A stretch of 63,533 nt of DNA, the filler included, from Octopus bimaculoides (lineage: Eukaryota): the NCBI RefSeq assembly GCF_001194135.2. It is 10 parts of 8 records of this genome, joined end to end, with 100 filler letters (N's around TTAATTAATTAA, not from the genome) between each part and the next. Parts side by side here need not be neighbours in the genome. Positions count along the whole stretch, not along the records: positions 35,266 to 41,229 come from NC_068981.1; positions 41,330 to 54,287 come from NC_068986.1; 8 more parts are not named here. The stretch is one strand, 5' to 3'. Each line of letters opens with the position of its first letter. The first letter of the stretch is position 1. The translations under genes were made by a program, and so were the position numbers. The notes below the pieces were generated by a model, which worked only from the letters and a program-made list of their open reading frames with translations, was not told the DNA's origin and ran no database searches. Of this stretch, positions 35,992 through 49,490 are shown one piece after another.

Positions 35992-37248
35992 TGTATGCAC
36001 GTATATATGTAATGTGAGATAATAGCTACACTTCTAATAGTTTCACTGTTAGGAGTGAAAGTATGAAAAGAGAGACTATTATCTCACATTACAATAGATG
36101 TGTTATTGTTTTACTTTTGACACGTAATACTGAAACAGTGTAAGAGATTGCTGCGGGCTCGCATAAGGCAACGTGTTGAAAATTTATTTAGCCCTTCACA
36201 CTCCATGAATTCTAGGTAGTACATGAGTAAAATTTGAATGAAATTGGTTGGGTAGTTCTCGCGTATTAGTGATACACAGATACACACACACACTTTAAAC
36301 CGAAAATAGTCTCATTATAAGCAGTGGTAGAAGAATATTTATGACTAAAACAGTAATTCCGAAAATAAACCGGAAATAATTAGTACTATCACGTCCACAA
36401 AAATAACAACTTCGTCTTTAGGAGCACGTGTCTTTGAGAAGGTTAAACGAAAGTGCTCACTCAGAGAATGTATCCCCCTGTCGGAAAAAATAATTCAAGA
36501 TTAAATAAGACATCATTTCCAGTGCAAACTCCTGACACCCAACAGGCCGAAAGAAAACTAAACTATAAACAAAAAGGTGAAAACATCAGAGACGGGATAT
36601 AATATTCAGTGAGGAATGCACAAGAAGTAAAAACAATTTATGAAATGGCAAGAAATGCGTAAATGACACCTGTATATGTTTCGCTATAGAAGAAAGATAT
36701 AACGATATATCAGTGGATGCACCTGAATCCTTAGAACAAGATAAAACAAATGAACATGAGATAGCATAGAAATACTGCATAGTTAAACTTGAGAGAGTTA
36801 TAACCCTATCGTCTTGGAAATATATTTATCTATTGCGTATCAAAGTACTAAATACACTAAGAAAGAAAATAAGGAAAAAAAAAGAACGTGATTCAATGGT
36901 CTGTTGATTTAGTGTTCTTGATATTTAATGATGTTAATATATAAGAATAGAAAAATAGTTAGTGGTAAACAAATATATGAAACCTTATGGAATAACTATC
37001 AACATTGAAAGAACGGTATCAATAAGAAAATAGTAAAATATATTTATTGACGAATTGTGCGAAAATAAAAACTTCATTCTTTCACTTGAATCAATTGTTA
37101 GATATTCTTATATTATGATTGTGTTCATGAATAGAAATAAAGCTTCTGAGAATTAAAAAAGAAATAATCGGTTTAAAGTGTAGCTTGTAACATTATTTTT
37201 TTTCTATTGTATATTCTCATTTATGTTTCGTGACAGAATAAACATGGC

Positions 37249-37285
<37 letters not shown>

Positions 37286-38274
37286 TCATAAGCAGATAAG
37301 CAAACATGCACACAAACAGAAAGTGCTACGCAGAAATATACACATCTGTGTGTGTGTGTTTGTGGGTGTGAGAGAGAGAGAGAGAGGTGTTTGTCTGTGC
37401 GTGGATGTATGTATATATATATATATATATATATATANNNNNNNNNNTATATATGTGTACAGAGTGAGAGAGAAAAAACACCCACGCACACAAACATGCA
37501 CATACCCATACGCACGCACAAACACGCACAAACACACCATATATAAAATCCCAAAACAAAAAAGAGCAGCCAATGAAATACTCAATCTAACATAAGAGCA
37601 GAGTTACAAAATATATTGATAGTATGCGTCAATCTAGGTTTTATACATTGCTTTAGCTTAGATTTAAATCCACGGAAAAGAGCACCGTCGAACTTTGTAA
37701 AGTTTATGATCCCTAAATGGATTCATTGGATTTTTAATTCCCTTCGAAATAACACAATATGCACAAAAAGTATGCACATATCTCGCTGGTGCGAGATCGC
37801 ACAGATGTGGATAACAACTACATAAGCTATTGAAATTTCATTCTGGATGACCAGTTTGAATGCAAAGTCTGTCATAAAACCTGCACGTCACGAGGTGGAT
37901 TGAAGAGGCACTTAAACATTTATAAAAAAACGAAGGGAAAGTAAGACCATGATATATAAATATATTTACATATATCTATGTATGTAGATATGCATGTATA
38001 CACGTGGATAGATAAATAGATAGATAGACATTCATAACTATACACACACATACATATATATATACATGTACATCACTTAAACTCAGGATTTAGATGTGAG
38101 CTATCTTAAGTTATATGCTCCGATACAGCAGAAATCGAAGAAACTAGTACAACGTACCATGTACTATTCTTGAATAGTCCAGGCTGAAAATGAGCACGGC
38201 TGCTCCTTGAGAAAAAGCGAGAAAGAATGTGTCACAATGAAGGCAAAATAGAGAAAAAACACATGACAAGAGCA

Positions 38275-38621
38275 TTTTTTCAATTTCTATTAGCAAGTCT
38301 TTATATTTACTGATCTTGTCAAATTCTTTCGCCGCTATATTATGATCGCAAGGAATACTCATGTCAATTAATAAACACTTCTTTGTCTGATCTTTTATAA
38401 TAATATCCGGTTTATTAGCTTTTATAGTTTTGTCGGTATGTACGGGGAAGTCCCAGAGAATCGATGCATTTTCTCCCTCAGTCACAGCTTCAGGATGGTG
38501 TTTATACCATTTGTCAGCGGTTTTGATTTTGTAATGCCGACATATTGTCCAGTGTAAATACTGGCCGACTCTGTCGTGTCTTGCTTTATATTCTACAGGT
38601 GCTAAGACTCTACACCCTGAG
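38275..38621 (-). mobile_element. R4/Dong-clade restriction-like endonuclease domain fragment
   Basis: SGCRVLAPVEYKARHDRV...ILWDFPVHTDKTIKANKPDIIIKD..KKCLLIDMSIP.D.NI..KEFDKISKYKDL (RHD motif, PD..D..P, K..KY). Starts directly after (AAT)n. Confidence 0.9.
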
Positions 38622-41170
38622 ATTATTATTATTATTATTATCATCGTCATCATCAGTATCATCTTCATCATCATCAGAAGCAGCAGTATCACGCAATATT
38701 TTTGTACATGCAATATTGCTGCTTTTTTTTTTCACCAAGAAAACATGAACCGAGCTGGAATTTAAACCACTGTATAAATTAGGTCGTTGCTGTATATCCA
38801 TAAAAGGAATATACAGAAATAATATTCTTGTCATACATAGAATATGCATTTGCTGTGCTATTTCTGTATGTGTCTATTGTTATAAACGATTCAAAAGCGC
38901 TACTTCACTTCGGAAATAGAACTTTCATCATATTGTAAGATGTTAAAATGTCTAACGCCAAAGTAGATAATTTTGACAAACATACGCCATTCAATTCTGC
39001 ACTTAGAATTGCAAATAAAATTATGGTAGAAATCAACAAATAATGCTGTCATATTTATGTACTGTTATCAATTCACTCCAAATTCTTGATGTGCATGTGT
39101 TTGGTATTTTTAAGAATGTGTTATAGATTTGATCTGGAGGAATGAGCTGTAAAACATTTGGGGGACTCAATTGAAAGAGTGCTCAATCAAAATAGCTTTC
39201 TGTGTATCACACTGCACGTATACTACACCACAGAAAGGCATACTACCTAACTTTTTGCTAGCGAGAAAATCTCTTCAGAGACGTATGTTACAAGCGCGAT
39301 ATACATTAAAGCGAAACGAACATCGCTGCAGCAGTGATATGCTCCGTCCTTCTTAGAGAATTTTAATAACATGCTCCCATTTGTAACAAGTTTAGGCGAA
39401 ATTTGTGCCGCCACAGATTAGAAAAGTGAATAATACAATCAACGTAATTGAGGAACTCTTGCCGGGCTGAAGGTTGGCTTTGCTCTCAAAATTTGCTCAC
39501 TATTTAAGATGAGTTAGAAGATTCCCGTGATTAATATTCTTCTTTTATAGCTGCAACTCATCAATCACAGAAAATATTTATGCTTTAAGATTATTCCAAG
39601 AGAGAGACTTTCTCAAGAACTAAAGTTGGTGTTGCGTGGTGGGTTTATTTGCACAGTATATGGAAGGTGGACAAGAAACTTGAGTCGGACATGCTTTAGA
39701 GATGGATAAACAGGATTTTAACATGATTTATAAAAGAAAAACGATTGAGAGGGGAGACTGAGAGTGTGTTTGTAAACGTGACTTGAGTGTGTCGGCCTCT
39801 GGTTATAAGCAACTTCATACCAATAATTCGTATGATTTTCTTTGAATGTAATCCTAGGTTAGAGCAAAAGCATTTCGGACACTGGGCCAGCGCTGCATTG
39901 TGTTAGTAATACATTAGAGAGAGTACTTTAATACAGATAAATTTGGAAGGGTATTTTCTAAGCCTCAAATGAAAGTTCAGGTTTTGATGTGCAGCCTTCT
40001 TTTCTTAAGTCAAAGATTTGCATTCGACTGTAGAAATCTTCAAAAACTGTGAGATCTATGCTTTGTAATGGTTGTGAGGGAACCACCTTCATAATGTTCA
40101 TATCTTGGTGTATGGGATACGCCATTTTGTGAAATAAGTAGTAATTGTAGGTGAAAAATCACCAATGCAGTGATGTTGATCCTAGTTATGTTTATTGAAA
40201 ATTGACACATTTCACTTCAAGTGGCAGTATATATAAATCCAATGATCAGCATGCCTGTTTGTTTCATGGTTAATGAATGAAAGATTCTTTGGATATGGCG
40301 CCAACCAATCATTTGTAAAACATAGAGAACGTGCTACAGATTCTAAAATTTCTTTTGTAAAGTGATGCTTTCTCTCTGCTTATACAAGAAAATATTCCCA
40401 GCTGATATATACTCTCAAGCGGTGAATCCGACAAAGCGTTATCTCAACCATTTTAGCTGTGCTGTTTCACATAGTTACAGCCTATACAACAGTTGGCAAC
40501 TCACGTGCTTCCTACAACTTCCGAATGTCTCCGACACAGGGTTATGAATATTTAACGCTACCATAGTATTAGCCATACACTAACGTTCTCGTGTAGAAGA
40601 AACCAACATTTAGATAATTTTTATAACTTATAATACAAAGATAGCTAAACGAAGCTTCGCTTTATAAGATATACTTTTCATTTTTTTCAATGATGAATTG
40701 TGATTCACTAAAAAATATCGCAAAATTTTGTAGTATTTCAGGAATATTTGCATTAACTTAATTAATTCTTTTTTGTATTTATTTAATTATACAGTTTACT
40801 GATATCGAAAATAAGAAAACTATCTTAATCTCACATTACGCGAAAACGAATTTCTTGCTGAAGAAAGTGCATACCAGTACCTATTCAGAAACTATAATTA
40901 TGTTTCATTCATTAATTTGTCACTGTTTTGTAATTCTGAAGTTGACGAATTTTTATGTTTCTATAACGGTATTTTACATTGCTCAAGAAGATTGTATGCG
41001 TGTGTGTTTGTCTGTATGTGTGTTTGTGTGTGTGGTCTGTGTGTGTGGGTGTATAAAAATAGACATACACGTATATATAAATATTTATACGTATATGTGT
41101 ATTATGGGTATACCTATATATACCTTCATAGATATATGTATGCATATAAATATGTATACATACAGATATG

Positions 41171-41229
<59 letters not shown>

Positions 41230-41348
41230 NNNNNNNNNNNNNNNNNNNNNNNNNNNNNNNNNNNNNNNNNNNNTTAATTAATTAANNNNNNNNNNNNNNN
41301 NNNNNNNNNNNNNNNNNNNNNNNNNNNNNTATGTGTGTGTGTATGTAT

Positions 41349-41409
<61 letters not shown>

Positions 41410-42018
41410 TGTGTCGAATATATATCCTTTTATTATATGTTCATTTCGTATAATTTTCTTCTTTAACTTTGAGCATAGTTTCTAAAATATTGCTTTATGT
41501 TAGAAAGAAACCCAACATTAGCAATGAATGAATTTTGCCGCAGAGATCTGAGAATCGACATTAAATCTGCCAAAGAAATAATAAGTTTGGCTTGTTTCGA
41601 GTAGATACGATGAATAAATGCTAACGTTTGTTCGATTTGTACTTTATAGTATAAGAAATATGTCATTTTACGTTCTTATCCTTGTTGTGTATAGTTCTGA
41701 TGCTAAGTGACAGAACGATGTTTTAAATTGTTATTAGTTTTAATAACGCCTGCTGCCCTTACGATCTACTGTACTATGAAATGTATCCAAAACTGATGCA
41801 AACGTAATATTTTCAAGGAAACACACTCGGGCGTGAATCCTTGATAGTATTATGCTTACATAAGTTTTGAACTTATTTGATATTATAGTTGATCAAATAT
41901 TGACCGTTCTGTATATATTACCTTTCGGTTATTATATCCAAGCATGTTGTTCTTTATTTTAATGTACCGTTTAACCAGTAAATCCTGGTTCAAAGAAACT
42001 CATTTTTAGTCATCGTCC

Positions 42019-45000
42019 TGTACGTTATTCTGAATGGCCGTTCTCTCTCTTCCTCTTCCTGTCAAATGCGCATGCTCTTTATATCAACGTTATTTGCATA
42101 ACATTCACTCCCTCCTAGAAAAAGTAGGAAAAAAAAATCATAGATCAAGCCTTTCCGGGGTTTCCGAATCCTTTGTGATCGACGCAGCTGAAGGGATTTT
42201 TCTTTTTGTTCTTGACAGTTATCTCTAGGAGAAGGAGAATTTTCAGTTGGTTCTCTGTCTGGCTCTTGAAGGACAACTGTTTCGGTTAGTTTATCAGTTA
42301 GGATAATCTTCCCTGGTGATGCCAATTGTTTTCTGGATACTCTGGTTTCGTGACCGTCTCGGTAACTGACGTGAGCGTATTGGGGGTTGGCGTCGATTAA
42401 ATAAACTTGGTCCACAATAGGGTCATAGTTGTTAGTGCGATTGTTTCTTTGAACAAGCGCAGATCCTGGGTTAAGAAGCCATGTTGGCATAGATGTTCCT
42501 GTTGCTAAACGTCTTTGATAGTTAAAAAGATGTTCATGAGGAGTAGTGTTGGTGGACGTACAAAATAGAGATCTCATTGAATGCAACGCGTCTGTAAGAA
42601 CTGTTTCCCATGAAGATACTGGAAGAGCACGGGTTTTCAACAGAGTAGTACTGACTTCCAAATAATACCATTATATCTTTCTACTTGACAGTTCCCAGTG
42701 GGTTGCAATGCCCTTACTGAGGAGCCAGTCTCTCAATCTTGTAGACATAAAAGCAGTTCCATGATCTGAATACCAAACACTGAGAACAAGTCTGTAAGAC
42801 ACTTTATTACAGTCTGAGCTGATGTGTCAGATACTGGATAACCAAACGGAAACCAAGGGTATTTGCCAAATATTGTTAGGAGATAAGAATGCTTCGTGGA
42901 AGGAATCGGACCTTTAAAATCGATGGAAATTTGCTCAAAGGGCTGCATGGCCTTAATTAAGTTAACTGAGTATGGTTTATAATATTGTGGATTCACTTCT
43001 TGACATATAAAGCAATTCCTACATATTTGTTTTACGTTCTCTAACGAATATTGAAGATTTCTACTGCGGACGTAATGATGAAGGCGTACTACACCAGGAT
43101 GGCGCAGTGCTGCATGTAACTATTAAAGTGAATGTGAACTAATTGCTAAACAGCGTACCCTAGTGAATGCATCCGATGCGACATTACTGGATCCTGGGCG
43201 ATAGTGAATGTCAAATGAGTATGGAGATAACGCAATGCGCCATCTCATAATTTTATAATTTTTAATTTTGCTCGTCGCTTTATAATTATACATGAATGCA
43301 ACAGAACGTTGATCAGTAATTAATGCAAAATGTCTACCTAGAAGAAAGTGTCTCCAATGATGAATTGATTCGATAATTACTTGGGATTCTTTTTCAACTG
43401 GTACTGTTCGCTACTTTGCAGTGTGCAATAATGGAATGCGACTGGTCTTCCATCTTGATTTAGTGTCGCAGATATGACAAAATCCGAAGCATCCGTCTCA
43501 AAAGTGAATGGAATAGTCTTATGTATTACTTGAATGGCAACATTGGCTAGTTCTACCTTTAATGACTCAAATACTTTTACTTGTTGGCTGTTTAGAGGAA
43601 ATTTTTATACGTTATTTAGAGGATATATTTTGTCAGAAAATTTGGAGATCTACTTAGCATAATAAGAAAACATACCGACTATTCGTTTTAATGATTTCTG
43701 GTCAGTTGGTGTAGGAAGACTGAGGAGTGGAGCAAGCCTTTCTGTGTCAAGGTGAGGGTATTGTGTGAGATACGGTATCCAAGAAAGTCACGAGTTGTTA
43801 AGTAAACGCATTTGTCTTCATTCACGGTAAGCCTTTCACTTTTTGCTGCCATTTCAAATTTTTCTAAATTTTTATCGTGGTCATTTTGATATTTCCCACA
43901 TATGGTTATATTGTTTATGAACGGGAACGTATCTCGCAGCTTGTATTTACTCACGAAGTCGTCCATTATACGTTGGAAACATGTGCTGCCGTTAGTTACT
44001 CCGAATGGCATCCTAGTATAATGTCATTATTTACCATCAGCTTCAAAGGCAGTGAATTGACGGTCTTTCTCTGAGAGAGGAATCTGATGGTATGCCGAAC
44101 GTAAGTCTATAGTACTGTAGACTTTATACTTAGCGATAGTGTTCACTAACTCATCAATTTTAGGAAGTTGGTAGGCATCAAGCTGTGTATATTTGTTAAT
44201 CGTCTCTGAGTAGTCAATCATCATTCTTCGCCTTTTTTTTTTGTTGTTGAACAACTAACACTTGTAATCCCCAAGGGGAGTTACTAGGTTCAATAATGTT
44301 CGCATCTGCTAAGCAGCGTACTTCTGTCCTGATGAACTCTCGATCACGTTCCGAGGATTTTCGCGATTTGGCTGCAATAGATTCACAGTCCTCTCTCAGA
44401 TGAGCAAATAGCTTTGGGGGATCAGTTTTCATAGCTGTTAGCGCAGTAAATGTTAATGGTGGTCTCTGTCCTCCGTATTGTATGGTAATATTTCATGCTG
44501 TTCTTGGAAGTCAGTACCCAGAATTAGGTCAGTGCACAAGTTTTTGAGCACGTACAGTTTCACATGGTAGTATTTCTGATTATTCAGGGTTAGTGAAACA
44601 ATGCAGCATCCTTTGGATTCCGCAGAAAGAGATGCAGAAGCCATACCAATGACGTTCTTTAATTTGACCGTCTTGATGTTGTATTCACTAGCTTCTCACT
44701 CACTGATGAAGCTCTTGTCAGTGCTACCGCTATCAACTAATACTTCGGATTTATAGCTATTGTTCAGTATAACTATGGTGGTTACTCGGAAGGTTTAACC
44801 TGCTGATGCTGATACTGCTAATGGCAAATCATATTTACCATCATCCTGTGTTACAGTTGCTGCGTTGCTCCGGCATAGTTTTCCAAAATGTCCTATTTTT
44901 TTTGGCATTTGTGACAGACTGCTTTCCGCGCAGGGCAGTGAGTTCGTGGGTGTCTGGAATAGCCACAAAACCAACATTCCTACATAGTTTTCCAAAATGT

Positions 45001-45152
45001 CCTATTTGTTTTTGGCATTTGTGACAGATTGCTTTCCGCGCAGGGCAGTGATTTCGCGGGTGTCTGGAATAGCCACAAAACCAACATTGAAGGGGTTCTC
45101 CTTTTCGGGTCGCAGCCGAGTGTTTCCCTTCCTGCTTTATTGAATATGCCAT
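42019..45152 (-). mobile_element. Ty3/Gypsy LTR retrotransposon, decayed (gag Zn knuckle, PR, RT, RH, IN, PPT, start of 3' LTR)
   Basis: CWFCGYSRHPRNHCPARKAICHKC; VLVDSGST; MIDYSETINKYTQLDAYQLPKIDEL..IDLRSAYHQ; PFGVTNG..FQR; TDASG; HPGV; PFEQISIDFKGP; GNCQVERYN. PPT AGGAGGGAGTGAA (42104-42116) followed by TGTTATG at 42103. LTR far end uncertain. Confidence 0.93.
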
Positions 45153-45154
45153 AT

Positions 45155-46640
45155 AATAGGGAAATTCAGACTCTCGAAGATAAAATTTGGAAGGTGGTTA
45201 AACACATTAAATTTTAAAAATACTCAAACAGACACAACGAATATATAAGATATTTAGCAACCAAAATAAAAGAAATGCGTAATATCGAAGGAATCGTAGA
45301 ACAATCGGATAAAACTGGTAACCTGTATAAGTTAGATGCGAAATTATATGATAACCTTTTTAGAGAAGGAAATAAATCGTTTATAATATTAATAAAGCCT
45401 CATGGTTAATCATGGAAAAATACAAGATAGACAATAAAACGGATTACTTTGAAGGACCATAAAGACAATTTTTACTCGGACCCTAAAGTTAGACTCATAT
45501 GCCCCAGTAAATCAGATTTAGGGAAATTAAGTAAGTTAATTTTAGATAAATATATTAATAAGCTAAATAATCTGAATTACCTTAATCTCTGGACTAGCAC
45601 TAATAATACTTTAAAATGGTTTTAAAATATTAAATACAGTAATATTTACAAATTCGTTCAAATAGACATAGATGATTGTTATTCATCTATTAATGAAATT
45701 GTACTTAATAAGGACCTTATATATGCAATGAATAGGGTGAGAATGACCAAAGATGAAGTTAAACTAGTAAAAATGGCCAGAAAATCGTTTATCAGGTATA
45801 ATAAATTGTGGGTTAGAAAAGACACTAGGGACTTTTTTTTATATCCCTATGAGAGCACCGGATTCCGCTCAGGTTACAGACCTAGTAGGAAATTACTTAT
45901 TAGGAGAACTCCAATTAGAAAATCTTAAATTGGAGGGTCGATTATATAGAGGTGACTTCCTGCTAATAACGAAAAATTGCACGAATAGAACATTGGAAAT
46001 ATATAAGAAGAAAATATATAGTTTTTTTTAAAGAAATGAGCTTAGGATTACAATCTATAACGAAAATAGCAATGTTAATTACTTAGATGTAAATTTTAAC
46101 TTAATAACAAGTATAACACAACCTTACCATAAAATTAACGAAAACCTGAAATATATTAAGAGTAACAACCCACCTTCTATAGTCAGTTTCGTGCCTATAA
46201 CGATCCTGTTCACTATTTCCTGTTTGTTATCCACGAGGATACTTAGGTGTATTTCGTCTGTCTTTACGTTCTGAGTCCCAATTCTGCCGATGTCGACTTT
46301 GCCTTTTATCCTTTTAGGGTCCATAAATTAAGTACCAGTTGCGTACTGGTCCTTATCTAATCGACTGCCCCCCTCCCCAGAAATTTCGGGCCTTGTGAAT
46401 AGAGTAGAAAAGAATATAAAAGAAGGTGTACACAGAGAATCAACTATACTTTAACGATCTCTACATAGAAAAGGCATCAATTGAAATATCGCTTCCATAT
46501 ATAATGTAGCCATCCTTAAACGCGTTATCTGGAAATATTAATGTATAAGAAACAAAACGCATATTAGCCATTGAATACTGTTGAGATTTTCAACAAATTG
46601 GGAGAAAACTGCGTACACATTTCATTCTTATTAAAACTTT
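45155..46640 (+). mobile_element. Penelope-like element RT region, decayed, interrupted by a SINE B at 46243-46416
   Basis: SDKTGNLYKLD, LKDHKDNF..DPKVRLICPSKSDLGKLSK, IDIDDCYSSI, MARKSF...WVRK, DSAQVTDLVG, GLYRGD, VNYLDVNFNL..PYHK.N..L.YI...NNPP. Confidence 0.85.
46243..46416 (+). mobile_element. SINE family B inserted in the PLE
   Basis: TATTTCGTCTGTCTTTACGTTCTGAG...GTCGACTTTGCC...AATTAAGTACCAG. Confidence 0.85.
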
Positions 46641-46949
46641 TTTTTACCATAGGTGACAATATTAATGATATTAGTAGGGATGAGGCTAAAGTTGGTGACG
46701 ATGTTTGTCTCTTTACCCAGTTAGGAGTATGAAATGTGCGTTCCACATACGTTAGGTTTTTCAAGACTGAACTAATCGATATTGCTGATATTAAAAGTGT
46801 AGAATAAACAGAATATAACTGTTCATTCAGGAAAGGTCTGGCAGCGATTACTAAATGCAGTGAACGGAAAACACAATGGGTGCTAAAGTGTGTGAGCGAT
46901 TCATTTTTGTCAATCTGCTGGATAGTGTTAGATTTGTATATCTAACAAC

Positions 46950-47955
46950 ACTAACTCCATGTCAAAGTGACATGTGAATTATTTGATCTTTGTAGAGAGT
47001 AGGCAACTGACAAGAACATTTCCTTAAGTTGTGCACAAAAATAGCTATCTTAGAACACATTGGACATGCAGAGGGTCCACCCAGCTCCGAGTAAATAGGT
47101 AGATGGTCGGAGAATAACATGATACACGCCACTAGCTCAAGAATTTGAAACCCTGTGGGCTCCACATCCAATGTCATTTCTGGTCACATTCTTCTCAATA
47201 GCCTACTCCTGCTTCAACCAGGCATCCTGTTTCTGCATTACTATTGCTCTACTTGCCCGCTCTTCCTCCACTGATAATGGAACTTCTGCGTAGACCAGCT
47301 TCCGCCTATTTTTCCAGCTAGTTGCGGCATATTAGGTTGCTGTCGAGCTTCTGAATCTAGCCGTGTCCCGTGCCACAATCTCAAGCATAAATTTGTCTTA
47401 ACCGTTCTACTGCTCTTTGGACCGCATTCACTGTCTTCTACTAAATCCTTGTTCTCACTACACCCTGCACCATAAACTGTAGGGTCCCAAGAACTTGCGC
47501 ATTGCAAGTGTTTACATGATCTCTGAGAGTATTGCTGTTTCCTTACAGCGTGATACCTAACTCGGTGGAAAACCTAGCCATCTGCGAAGGTGGCTATTGG
47601 CTATGTGCTCTAAGCGCTTAACAACTGTTATGGAAGACTTAGTAGACAAGCAGAAGTCAGATTATTCATAAGAAGATCCCATGTTGGTAAACTCAAGCTA
47701 TGTATCTTCTTGCTAATCCAGACTAGTCAACGGATCTCAACCATATTTTCATGCGGTATGTTCTCTACGCTCTGATCGCCTTGAATGAGTAGGAGTCTTT
47801 TAGAGAACCCTACACTTCTCTGCTGACTTGAACATCATATTCATTGCCAAAACAAACGTAAGAAACACTGAGATTGTGAACCCAGTAATGATTTCTACTT
47901 CCAGTAGTTTCAGGTCATTTGTCTGCTGGACCGAAGAAACATTTAACCTGAATAT
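46950..47955 (-). mobile_element. HERO/NeSL-like RLE non-LTR retrotransposon fragment
   Basis: LEVEIITGFTISVFL..AMNMMFKSAE; WLRSVD*SGL...YQHG...HLRRWLGFP; EEERASRA.VMQKQDAW; and a zinc-knuckle-like P.ACPMCS region. Confidence 0.75.
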
Positions 47956-47957
47956 GC

Positions 47958-47992
<35 letters not shown>

Positions 47993-48658
47993 GGGGAGGC
48001 GGCGGAGGAGATGGTGGTTGCAGAGAAGGAGATGGGGGGGGGAAGAGAGAAGATGAGAGAAAAGGAGGAAGAGGTGAAAAAGGAGTAGTGATAGGAATTT
48101 ATGGAAGTGGTGAATATCACAACGGTGACCATGTGCTTTTTGACTGAAATTTGATCAAAAATGCTCAGATGCATTCACCACTACCACCTCACCCAGCTAT
48201 CATCACACTTAAGCGAGCCTTCAGATTCGGGATCTGATGACAGACATAGAACATAAGACAAAAACTGACAATCAGCAGCTGAACATTTGTGACATGTCAA
48301 CAGCTTCACTCAATTATCCTACTAAACTTATGTATAACTGAGCAACAATCATTTTCTTATACATAACCAGCACCGTTGTCACATGTTACACCAATATTAT
48401 CTGTACACCTGCTCACAAACCTATATTATTCCTACAAATACCAGCAGCAACCATATCGTTGTAAGTTAAAGCAGAAGAAAAAAAAAACAGCTATCAAACA
48501 GGTTCACAGTTACAAGTATTCACTCATTTTCCCTCAATATCCTTCTACAATATATAATTATTCTCACTTGCTTACCCCATCTGCGTGCATGCATATTATG
48601 TATGTATCTCTCTCTCCCCCTTATCTTTCACTCTCGCTCTCTCTCTTTCCATAATTGG

Positions 48659-48876
48659 TTATTCTTTTACTTGTGTCAGTCATTTCACTGCGGCCATGCT
48701 GAAGCACTGCCATAAAGGACTTCTTAGTAGAAGAAAGCTCTGGCACTTTGTAAACCAAGTACTTATTCTATCGGCCTTTTTTATCGAACCGCTAAGCTAC
48801 AGGGACGTAAACGTACCAGCATCGGTTGTCAAGTGATGGTGGGGCGACGAACATAGAGGCAAAGACACAGAGATAA

Positions 48877-48915
<39 letters not shown>

Positions 48916-49078
48916 TGATGGTCTTCGCTCAGTTTCCGTCTACCAAATCAACTCACAGGGCTTTGGTCGGCCCGAGGCTAAACTAGAAGACACCTGCTCA
49001 AGATGCTATACAGTGGGACTGAACCCGGAACCACGTGATTGGGAAGCAAGCTTCATACTACAGAGCCACACCCGCGCC
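48659..49078 (-). mobile_element. SINE family A, full length with internal (CA)n
   Basis: Minus head GTGGCTCTGTAG...GGTTCCGGGTTCAGTCCCAC (B-box-like), body, and tail ending GTAAAAGAATAA. Confidence 0.85.
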
Positions 49079-49107
49079 TATATATATAGATATAATCCTG
49101 TAAATAG

Positions 49108-49415
49108 TAATAATGGCAATTGTATAAGCTTAAAGCTTATAGCGTTCACCGTGCAATGAGTAAGGAAAATAGTCTAATAATGGGGTATATAAGCCCTCGA
49201 CAGAAAAAAGTAGGATTTCTCATCCGCGTGAGTCTCGAACGCATCTAAGTGTGTTAACATTACACCAGCGAATTAGGTTAATTCGAGTCTCACGCGGATG
49301 AGAAAGCCTATTTTTTTTTTTGTCGTGGGCTCATATGCCCCATTATTAGGCTATTTTCCTTAGTCATTGCACGGTGATCGCTATAAGCTTTGACCTTATA
49401 TAAAAACCATTATTA
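49108..49415. mobile_element. Long-TIR MITE / fold-back element (arms ~115-130 bp, ~42-bp spacer)
   Basis: AAAGCTTATAGCG.TCACCGTGCAATGA.TAAGGAAAATAG.CTAATAATGGGG...TTTCTCATCCGCGTGAG.CTCGAA at 49123-49239 and inverted at 49282-49400. Confidence 0.9.
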
Positions 49416-49490
49416 TTATTTAGAGGACCGTAAAGCTCGGCACCATGTAACAAAACCATTCACACCGAAATATATATATATATGTATATA

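Noticed and set aside
47800-48174. Acidic/TM-looking ORFs suggesting a host exon
   Set aside because: The non-repetitive part is the HERO-like RT segment on the minus strand, and the rest is (GAT)n and purine-rich simple sequence.
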